Virus record (IMG/VR): IMGVR_UViG_3300042287_000745
Span: 10,736 to 74,735 of that record
Reading direction: 5' to 3' (one strand)
From: a virus
Length of the DNA: 64,000 nt
This document shows positions 57,111 to 64,000 of this stretch, piece after piece. The notes beneath the pieces are model-generated. The model did no database searches and had not been told where the DNA came from. It was given only the letters and a program-made list of their open reading frames with translations. Each line of letters begins with the position of its first letter. Within the stretch, counting starts at the first letter, position 1. The translations under genes were made by a program, and so were the position numbers.

Positions 57111-57865
57111 AAAAACTATTTTTACTTTTGCTATTACCATTTGCAGTATTAGCAAACCCTATCGACGATAAGTGCCCGCAATTTGTTTTCAACGGCGCAC
57201 CTGTTAGTAAACTAACAGAGACTCAATACTTATGCAAAAAGAATTATGCTATTCATTATAGATACAATACTAAGACTGCCGAGTATGTTGTAGAACATAT
57301 TACATTGGCAAACATTACTGGGCCTGCTAAACGTAAAGATGATTTTAGACCGGACTTAGAATTGCCCGAAAAACATAGAAGTGTATTATCCGATTATGCG
57401 GGGCAACCATATGACAGAGGACATTTATCCCCAGGAGCAGATAACAACGCAAATGATATTTACATGAGCGAAAGTTTCTTTCTTAGCAATATGGTACCGC
57501 AAGTTCCAAATCACAATAGAGGCATTTGGAAACAATTGGAAACCGCAGTACGTACTTGGGTAAGAGAAGGAAAGGACATTTATGTAGTTAGCGGAACGAC
57601 ATATTCTGCCGAATATCTTAAAATTGGTAAAGGTGAAGTAGGTGTACCAACAGGACTATGGAAGGTAATTATTGATGCGAAAACTAATAAAGCAATCGCA
57701 TTTGACTTCCCTAATGCTCCTTTGCCTGTAAAAGATTTGCCTAAGTATGCTACAACTGTTAGAGCAGTTGAACAAAAAACGGGGTTAAATTTTCATCCAA
57801 AATTGAAAGATGATTCTGTTGAAACGATCGCACCAAATTTGGCAGAATGGACGGGAATACAATAA
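57107..57865 (+). CDS. Secreted DNA/RNA non-specific endonuclease (NucA/EndoG family)
   Basis: Signal peptide MKKLFLLLLLPFAVLA; YDRGH and SNMVPQ..NHNRGIWKQLE motifs; ATGA overlap with the gp43 stop. Confidence 0.9.
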   Translation: MKKLFLLLLLPFAVLANPIDDKCPQFVFNGAPVSKLTETQYLCKKNYAIHYRYNTKTAEYVVEHITLANITGPAKRKDDFRPDLELPEKHRSVLSDYAGQPYDRGHLSPGADNNANDIYMSESFFLSNMVPQVPNHNRGIWKQLETAVRTWVREGKDIYVVSGTTYSAEYLKIGKGEVGVPTGLWKVIIDAKTNKAIAFDFPNAPLPVKDLPKYATTVRAVEQKTGLNFHPKLKDDSVETIAPNLAEWTGIQ

Positions 57866-58249
57866 ATGAAAACACTTATTACACTATTTTTAAGTATATC
57901 TTTAATTGGTTGCACATCGATTAAAGATAAAGTTCCTAGTTTCTGGGACGATAACCAAAGTAAAATAAGCATAGATATACGACAAGAAATTAATCATTTA
58001 AATTGTACTCAACCGCATTTACCACAAATTGAAAAAATACAAAGTAAGATCGAGTGGTTTATATTATACTCCGAAAGTAAACAAACCAAAGATGTATTAA
58101 AATTGTTAAATCCTATGTCCGAAACTTTGGGGGATTTTTATACTCGAAGTAAAGAAAAAGAAGGTAGTGAAACTTATTGCAACTTGAAAAAGAAAGTATT
58201 GTCGGCTCAAGCAAAATTGATAGCAGAAACTATACATGGGAGATTTTAA
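57866..58249 (+). CDS. Lipoprotein of unknown function
   Basis: MKTLITLFLSISLIGC lipobox. Confidence 0.75.
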   Translation: MKTLITLFLSISLIGCTSIKDKVPSFWDDNQSKISIDIRQEINHLNCTQPHLPQIEKIQSKIEWFILYSESKQTKDVLKLLNPMSETLGDFYTRSKEKEGSETYCNLKKKVLSAQAKLIAETIHGRF

Positions 58250-58477
58250 ATGGACTTAAAGGAAATTGCAAAATGCGGACAGCCTTGGGCAGAAGAAAAG
58301 GCTAAAATTGCATTAGAATTACAGGAGCAATATAATGCTAAAACCATTTCGAAAGATGAATATGTGGAGTTGATCGAAGATATGGCAAGAATGGAATCGT
58401 TGGATGAGGTTTCTTCTGATATGAAATTAAAAACGGCTTTGGTAACCGCGCTCTTTGTTTTAGTGCAGATAGTATAG
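58250..58477 (+). CDS. Small protein with hydrophobic C-terminus
   Basis: 75-aa ORF with GGAG RBS. Confidence 0.65.
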   Translation: MDLKEIAKCGQPWAEEKAKIALELQEQYNAKTISKDEYVELIEDMARMESLDEVSSDMKLKTALVTALFVLVQIV

Positions 58478-58503
58478 ACAAGCGCAAATTTAGAATATAT
58501 AAT
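58475..58503 (+). promoter_or_regulatory. sigma70-type promoter for uvsX
   Basis: TAGACA-N17-TATAAT. Confidence 0.7.
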
Positions 58504-58524
58504 GTAGTATTATAAGGAGTTTAT

Positions 58525-59586
58525 ATGTCGTTACTTGAAAAATTGAAAAAGAATTCTACAATTAAAGAAACTGAAGTATTAAATAAATCCAAATTTTTTG
58601 GTAAAAAGGATATGATCCAAACATCTGTTCCTATGGTGAATGTTGCCCTTTCGGGAAGTTTAGAGGGCGGGTTGACTCCAGGATTAACTGTGTTTGCAGG
58701 GCCATCTAAGCATTTTAAAACTGCGTTCTCTTTGTTGTTGGCAAAATCTTACTTGGACAAATATGAAGATGCTGTTGTACTGTTTTATGATTCTGAGTTT
58801 GGTAGTCCTCAGTCTTACTTTGATTCTTTCGGTATTGACACCTCCCGAGTTCTACATACTCCAATTACCGACATTGAACAGCTAAAGTTTGATATCATGT
58901 CTCAGATTAACAATCTTGAAAGAGGTGATCATATTATCATCGTTGTAGATTCAGTTGGCAATCTTGCTTCTAAGAAAGAAGTTGATGATGCGTTGGAAGG
59001 AAAGTCTGTCGCGGATATGACTCGAGCAAAACAGATGAAATCTTTGTTCCGAATGATTACACCGCATTTGACTATTAAAGATATTCCTATGGTGGTTGTA
59101 AATCATACGTATGCTGAGATTGGTTTATATCCTAAGCAGATCGTTTCCGGTGGCACAGGAATATATTATTCGGCGGATAATATCTTTATTATTGGGCGGC
59201 AGCAGGAGAAAGATGGTACTGAAATTACAGGGTACAATTTTATCATCAATGTTGAGAAATCTAGATTTGTACGAGAAAAATCTAAAATCCCAGTAGAAGT
59301 ACTGTATGAAGGTGGAATTAGTAAGTGGTCTGGTCTTTTGGATGTGGCATTGGAGGGCGGATTTGTAGTTAAACCCTCAAATGGTTGGTATTCTCTTAAA
59401 GGTGAAGAAAAGAAATATCGCAAAGCAGATACATACACAAAAGAATTTTGGATGCCGGTATTGACCTCCAAAGATTTTAGAGACTTTATTGAAAATCGTT
59501 ATCAAATGGCTACAGGCGATCTGATGTCTAGCTCGTTTGATGATGTTGATTTAGAAGAGGAGTTTACAAATGCAAGTGAAGTATGA
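58525..59586 (+). CDS. uvsX: RecA-like recombinase UvsX
   Basis: AGPSKHFKT, YDSEFG, DSVGNLASKKE and VSGGTG motifs. Confidence 0.96.
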   Translation: MSLLEKLKKNSTIKETEVLNKSKFFGKKDMIQTSVPMVNVALSGSLEGGLTPGLTVFAGPSKHFKTAFSLLLAKSYLDKYEDAVVLFYDSEFGSPQSYFDSFGIDTSRVLHTPITDIEQLKFDIMSQINNLERGDHIIIVVDSVGNLASKKEVDDALEGKSVADMTRAKQMKSLFRMITPHLTIKDIPMVVVNHTYAEIGLYPKQIVSGGTGIYYSADNIFIIGRQQEKDGTEITGYNFIINVEKSRFVREKSKIPVEVLYEGGISKWSGLLDVALEGGFVVKPSNGWYSLKGEEKKYRKADTYTKEFWMPVLTSKDFRDFIENRYQMATGDLMSSSFDDVDLEEEFTNASEV

Positions 59587-59866
59587 ACCTTGGCAATTAG
59601 TAAAAGAGGATAAAGAATATTGGGGAGTTAGAATTCTTGAGGGAAAATTTAATGAATTGGCTCTTGCGATAAATGATGTTAAAATGACAGAAGATGATAG
59701 TGTATCTGTAGACTATGACATTATTTATTCTCTATTACCTATAGAAGAAGTTACTGAAAGTCAAGAATTCAATGATACTCTATCTTTTATTATCCAAGAC
59801 ATTTTAGTAAAGGCTATGAATGAGCACGAAAATCGAAACAGTAATACTGCAAAACTTAATACATGA
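59570..59866 (+). CDS. Conserved hypothetical protein (T4 gp40 position)
   Basis: Lies between uvsX and gp41. Confidence 0.6.
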   Translation: MQVKYEPWQLVKEDKEYWGVRILEGKFNELALAINDVKMTEDDSVSVDYDIIYSLLPIEEVTESQEFNDTLSFIIQDILVKAMNEHENRNSNTAKLNT

Positions 59867-61253
59867 TGATGAATACATGAGGAAGGTAATCCCGTTTTTG
59901 AAGCGGGATTATTTTTTAGATACAAATGATAAAATTATTTACGACAAAATTACTGCGTACATTGATGATTACAATTCTTTACCTTCCAAAGATGCATTAG
60001 TTATTTCGATACAGAATGATAAAAATTTAAATGAGGATCAATATTCAGATGTTTTTAATTATGTTCAGCAATTAGAAGCAACTGATCATAACAAAGACTG
60101 GTTGTATAAAGAAACAGAAAAATTCTGTAAGGATAAGGCAGTTTATAATGCAATTTTAACTTCGGTTGCTATTTTAGACGGCAGAGACAAATCTAAATCT
60201 GAAGATGGAATCCCTTCTTTATTGCAAGATGCACTAGGTGTATGTTTTGATAATAATGTAGGGCATGACTATATTTTGAATGCGGATAAGCGATATGAGT
60301 TTTATCATAAAGTCGAATCTCGTATACCTTTTGATTTAGAATATTTTAACAAGATCACTAACGGCGGAATGCCGAATAAAACATTAAATGTGGTCTTAGC
60401 TGGAACCGGTGTGGGTAAAAGTTTATTCATGTGCCACGTAGCAGCAGCTGCCCTAAGTCAAGGCAGAAATGTTCTGTATATTACACTAGAAATGGCAGAA
60501 GAAAGAATTGCGGAACGTGTTGATGCGAATTTGATGAACATTACAATGGATCAATTAAAAGAATTACCTAAAGCCTTATTTGATAATAGAATGGATAAGA
60601 TCAAAGGTAAAACGCAGGGCAATTTGATTATTAAAGAATATCCTACTACAGGTGCACACGTTGGACATTTTAAATCCTTATTAAATGAGCTACAGCTAAA
60701 ACGGCAATTTAAACCCGATCTTATTATTATCGACTATCTGAATATTTGCGCAAGTTCAAGATTAAAAGCAAGCGCAGGCGTTAATTCCTATACGTTAGTT
60801 AAATCGATCGCAGAAGAGCTTAGAGGTCTAGCAGTTGAGGAAAATGTACCTATTCTAAGTGCAACACAAACTACAAGAACTGGTTTTGGAAATACAGATG
60901 TAGAGCTAACGGACACTTCAGAATCATTTGGTTTGCCTGCAACGGTTGATTTTATGTTTGCGCTAATTTCTACAGAAGATCTTGAAAAGATGAATCAACT
61001 TATGGTTAAGCAGTTGAAGAATAGATACAATGATCCTACACTAAATAAAAGATTTGTAATTGGTGTTGATCGAGCAAAGATGAAGTTATATGATCTCGAA
61101 GAATCTGCACAGAAAAATATTTCAGATTCTGGAAATCCGCAAAGACAATCTTTACCTAAATATGATAAGCCACCGCAGTCTAGAGATAGCATGCAGGCAA
61201 ATAAAGATATATTTACAGCCAACAAGCGCGATTTTTCAAAGATTAGATTATGA
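59820..61253 (+). CDS. gp41: Replicative helicase gp41 (DnaB-like)
   Basis: AGTGVGKS, ITLEMAEE, IKEYPT, DYLNI and SESFGLPAT motifs. Confidence 0.97.
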   Translation: MSTKIETVILQNLIHDDEYMRKVIPFLKRDYFLDTNDKIIYDKITAYIDDYNSLPSKDALVISIQNDKNLNEDQYSDVFNYVQQLEATDHNKDWLYKETEKFCKDKAVYNAILTSVAILDGRDKSKSEDGIPSLLQDALGVCFDNNVGHDYILNADKRYEFYHKVESRIPFDLEYFNKITNGGMPNKTLNVVLAGTGVGKSLFMCHVAAAALSQGRNVLYITLEMAEERIAERVDANLMNITMDQLKELPKALFDNRMDKIKGKTQGNLIIKEYPTTGAHVGHFKSLLNELQLKRQFKPDLIIIDYLNICASSRLKASAGVNSYTLVKSIAEELRGLAVEENVPILSATQTTRTGFGNTDVELTDTSESFGLPATVDFMFALISTEDLEKMNQLMVKQLKNRYNDPTLNKRFVIGVDRAKMKLYDLEESAQKNISDSGNPQRQSLPKYDKPPQSRDSMQANKDIFTANKRDFSKIRL

Positions 61254-61468
61254 AATCTTTAAAAAGTACTAGGTTGTCTTCTACTAGGTTGCAAAATGCG
61301 GAAACCGAAGTATTAGTGCAATTAGATAGCCCGATTGCTATAAGTATTAAGGATATTATACCAATGGGTAAAAAAATTAGTTATGTCGAAGATACTCAGG
61401 GATCTGAGGTATCGGAAAAATTTAAAAATGATATGATATGGCAAGAAATCCTTAAAAATACTAAATAA
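61250..61468 (+). CDS. Hypothetical protein
   Basis: 72-aa ORF with ATGA overlap. Confidence 0.5.
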   Translation: MKSLKSTRLSSTRLQNAETEVLVQLDSPIAISIKDIIPMGKKISYVEDTQGSEVSEKFKNDMIWQEILKNTK

Positions 61469-61498
61469 ATAAAAGATAGCATATTCGAAAGGCGCAAT

Positions 61499-62005
61499 AT
61501 GAATCTTACTATACTAGGGGCAAAAGATCGAAAATTAACAAAAATGCTAAGGATGGCGGCAGATTCCTTCGCACATAAGTTACTAACCCCGCAAATGATA
61601 AAACATATAACACTGGAAGTGCATATATGTGATAAGTTATCCGCGGGTGCATATTGTACTATTGCAGATGATTTACCGATACCTAGAAAATTTTTAGTAG
61701 AGATTCATAGAACAAGAAAAAAGATTCATATGTTTACCGCACTTGCACATGAAATGGTTCATCTTAAACAATGGGCCAGTGGTGAAATGAAGGGTAAGAT
61801 AAGAAAAACTAAATATATTACTGTTTGGAGAGGCGAAACATATGAGGATGACGTGTCCTATTGGGATCAACCTTGGGAGTTCGAAGCATATGGACTGCAA
61901 GAAAGTTTAGTCGCTAAATTTTTAACAGAGCACAATCAATTTAAAAATTTAAGACAGCGCCAAGAAGATTGGTTCGTGTATGATGATCTAGAAAATAGGG
62001 ATTAA
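61499..62005 (+). CDS. HExxH zinc metallopeptidase-like protein
   Basis: LAHEMVHLKQ and YWDQPWEFEAY motifs. Confidence 0.8.
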   Translation: MNLTILGAKDRKLTKMLRMAADSFAHKLLTPQMIKHITLEVHICDKLSAGAYCTIADDLPIPRKFLVEIHRTRKKIHMFTALAHEMVHLKQWASGEMKGKIRKTKYITVWRGETYEDDVSYWDQPWEFEAYGLQESLVAKFLTEHNQFKNLRQRQEDWFVYDDLENRD

Positions 62006-62030
62006 AAATGTAGTTAACTAGGAGTAAAAT

Positions 62031-62207
62031 ATGGGAGAACTGATTTTTTCGTTGTATGATCTCATACAAATAGGATTGATGTTGTTAGCTTGCTATTGTT
62101 GCAAAGCATACGGATATCAAAAAGGAATTTTGGAAACGCTAGAGTTCTTTGAAACAAATGGAGTAATTGACATACCCACAGAAGACACAATCGAAGAAGA
62201 AAAATAA
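62031..62207 (+). CDS. Small single-TM protein (58 aa)
   Basis: Translated by hand: MGELIFSLYDLIQIGLMLLACYCC...; AGGAG RBS; not in the ORF track. Confidence 0.6.
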   Translation: MGELIFSLYDLIQIGLMLLACYCCKAYGYQKGILETLEFFETNGVIDIPTEDTIEEEK

Positions 62208-62216
62208 CAATCTGTT

Positions 62217-62253
62217 AATAATACCCTAGAGAAACATTCTGGGGTATTATTTT
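62217..62253 (+). terminator. Intrinsic terminator hairpin
   Basis: AATAATACCCTAGA-gaaacat-TCTGGGGTATTATT followed by T residues. Confidence 0.7.
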
Positions 62254-62268
62254 GGCTAAAAATAGTGC

Positions 62269-62297
62269 TTGACTTCTTGTCCAAAATATGCTATAAT
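62269..62297 (+). promoter_or_regulatory. sigma70 (early) promoter
   Basis: TTGACT-N17-TATAAT with TG extension. Confidence 0.88.
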
Positions 62298-62320
62298 AGA
62301 GGTATAGTGAAGGAGCAGAT

Positions 62321-62710
62321 ATGAACTTTGTGATAGGACAATCGGTAGCAATTCAAACTAAGATGCGGTCGGTGCTTCTTGGAGAGGATTACAAATTTGT
62401 AACATTTACAGGCAAGGTGGTGCCGAACCCAAAATGGGTAGATACCGACTACGTCTGTGTTTTTACCGGTGACCCGAATCACCCTACTTCTGTTATTCAT
62501 AAAAAATTTATTGTAGGTCATACGTTCTCAGAATCTAGAACAAGTGAACGAATATTTCAGGTCAACTCCAAATCAACCGGTAAGACATATATGGTAATAT
62601 CGGTAAACGGAACGGTGTCCTGTAATTGTACGGGATATCAATTCCGTAGAAAATGTAGCCATTCCGACAAAGTTAAACAATTTATCCAAAAAGATGAATC
62701 AAATGCTTGA
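62321..62710 (+). CDS. SWIM zinc-finger protein
   Basis: CNCTGYQFRRKCSH motif. Confidence 0.8.
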   Translation: MNFVIGQSVAIQTKMRSVLLGEDYKFVTFTGKVVPNPKWVDTDYVCVFTGDPNHPTSVIHKKFIVGHTFSESRTSERIFQVNSKSTGKTYMVISVNGTVSCNCTGYQFRRKCSHSDKVKQFIQKDESNA

Positions 62711-62735
62711 CTTTCTATCCGAACGGCTATATAAT
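62707..62735 (+). promoter_or_regulatory. sigma70 (early) promoter
   Basis: TTGACT-N17-TATAAT. Confidence 0.85.
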
Positions 62736-62789
62736 TATGTTGTGGTGTTAAAAAATTGATGTTATTATTTTATTATGGAGATTTAAATT

Positions 62790-63176
62790 ATGTCTAAATT
62801 CACAGTTGCCGGTGTTTCTACTCAAAATGGTATTACCAAAGTTCGTTTTGCGAACGACATTGTTTCTCGTACTAAACTGCTTGCGAAGGGCGGCCATTCT
62901 CCCCTGGAGCTTGTCCAGTTACCAAATGCTATGACCAAGGCAGAAGCTTGTCAGTATCTGCTTGATCTAGGTGGAGTATTTGCAGGTGATGTTAATCTTA
63001 TTACAGAGACAATGGGTAAGAAAAACGGTACGCCAATTGTACAGGCTAAAGCAAACACTAAGGCAGTAAAGGCAGTAGCAAAGTCTGCCGCAAAGTCTAA
63101 GCCGATTAAAGTTGTTGCGCATAAAGTGCAGGAAGAAGATCTTACGATTACAGAGATCAAAGAATTGGCGGCATAA
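62790..63176 (+). CDS. Early hypothetical protein with Lys/Ala-rich tail
   Basis: FTVAGVS...KVRFAND; KAVKAVAKSAAKSK tail; GGAG RBS. Confidence 0.7.
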   Translation: MSKFTVAGVSTQNGITKVRFANDIVSRTKLLAKGGHSPLELVQLPNAMTKAEACQYLLDLGGVFAGDVNLITETMGKKNGTPIVQAKANTKAVKAVAKSAAKSKPIKVVAHKVQEEDLTITEIKELAA

Positions 63177-63198
63177 ATAATAGACAATGAACGTGAGT

Positions 63199-63220
63199 GA
63201 CGGCGCCCTAGGGCGCTGTT
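63199..63220 (+). terminator. Hairpin, probable terminator
   Basis: GACGGCGCC-ctag-GGCGCTGTT. Confidence 0.5.
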
Positions 63221-63239
63221 ATGTCTTTAAGGAGTAATT

Positions 63240-64000
63240 ATGCTAAATGAAAATGTAACTAAAGTAGGTATCGTTGGGCTAGGTTTTGTTGGTGGGGCAA
63301 TTGCACAAAATATGCCCTGCGAACTTCGCATCGTAGATAAAGACCTAACAAAATCTACGCACACATATGCGGAATTGAAAGAATGCGATGGCATTTTTGT
63401 AAGTGTACCGACTCCTATGAGTTTTGATGGAGTGTGCAATACTTCAATTTTGGAAGAAGTATTAGAAAATTTAAAAGATTACACCAATCCAATTATTAGT
63501 AAATGTACTGCACCACCTACGGTGTATACTAAGTTATCAAAACAGTATCCAAATTTGATCCATGCCCCAGAATTTTTAACTGCTGCAAATGCGAAACAAG
63601 ATTACCAGTATGGTAAATTTGCAGTCATAGGTGGATCTAACAGCGCACATATGGATAAGGCAGAAAGTATTATTCGTATTGGACAGCGAAATTTAATTAG
63701 TGTTGCCCGTGTTACAATTGAGGAAGCAGCATTGATGAAATATGGAATCAATACTTTTCTCGCAACTAAAATTGTTTTCATGAACGAATTGTTTATACTA
63801 TGTAGTAAACTTGAAATAGATTATAATAACATTTCTTCACTAATGAAGCTAGACTCTCGTATTGGATCTACGCATATGAAAGTTCCAGGACAAGATGGTT
63901 TAGGATTTGACGGAATGTGTTTTCCTAAAGATACTAGTGCGTTGTATTCATTTGCAAAAGCAAATGGCATTGATATGGAGCTATTGGGACATACAATTGA
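63240..64000 (+). CDS. UDP-glucose/GDP-mannose dehydrogenase family protein (truncated at the window end)
   Basis: Translated by hand: GIVGLGFVG, VSVPTP, PEFL, KYGINTFLATKIVFMNE and GFDGMCFPKD; absent from the ORF track because no stop occurs in the window. Confidence 0.88.
   Translation, partial: MLNENVTKVGIVGLGFVGGAIAQNMPCELRIVDKDLTKSTHTYAELKECDGIFVSVPTPMSFDGVCNTSILEEVLENLKDYTNPIISKCTAPPTVYTKLSKQYPNLIHAPEFLTAANAKQDYQYGKFAVIGGSNSAHMDKAESIIRIGQRNLISVARVTIEEAALMKYGINTFLATKIVFMNELFILCSKLEIDYNNISSLMKLDSRIGSTHMKVPGQDGLGFDGMCFPKDTSALYSFAKANGIDMELLGHTI

Noticed and set aside
5063-61253. Introns, inteins or homing endonucleases in gp17, gp20, gp23, uvsW, gp46, gp43 or gp41
   Set aside because: All are uninterrupted and of normal length; no HNH, GIY-YIG or LAGLIDADG ORF was recognised

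Overview
A 64-kb, AT-rich segment of a lytic T4-like (Tevenvirinae/cyanomyovirus-type gene order) myophage read in the standard genetic code. It is almost entirely on the + strand. Left part: tail-associated genes, then neck/packaging/head/tail genes gp13-14-15-16-17-18-19-20-67-68-21-22-23-gp3, then uvsY-uvsW-gp55. Between gp55 and gp47/gp46 (where T4 carries alpha-glucosyltransferase) lies a 7-deazaguanine DNA-modification cluster: queE, phosphoribosyltransferase, folE, 3'-5' exonuclease, GT-B glycosyltransferase, TGT-fold DpdA-like transglycosylase, QueD-like T-fold paralog, second GT-B, GalE-like epimerase and queD. No queC or queF occurs in the window, and a preQ1-I-like pseudoknot with an SD-sequestering hairpin sits directly before queD. 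Next come gp47/gp46, a 2OG-Fe(II) oxygenase, a vWA-peptidase/MoxR-AAA pair, and a ~9.5-kb glycan island (Gmd, Fcl/ColC, His-type ColD, GT11, GT10, GT2, FkbM) that suggests GDP-colitose/fucose synthesis. Then gp45-44-62-regA, a 23-aa PqqA precursor missed by the ORF track followed by a multi-hairpin RNA candidate, a phasin-like gene and hsp20. A minus-strand late membrane/lipoprotein cassette with a structured leader follows, then gp43, a signal-peptide nuclease/lipoprotein module, uvsX, gp41, early genes and a truncated nucleotide-sugar dehydrogenase. T4-type late promoters (TATAAATA) and near-consensus sigma70 promoters are visible. PqqA, the phasin-like gene and the DUF3563-like gene suggest a betaproteobacterial (probably freshwater) host; this is inference. 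No tRNA, CRISPR array, integrase or intron/intein was recognised. All family assignments come from motif recognition by eye, not database searches.
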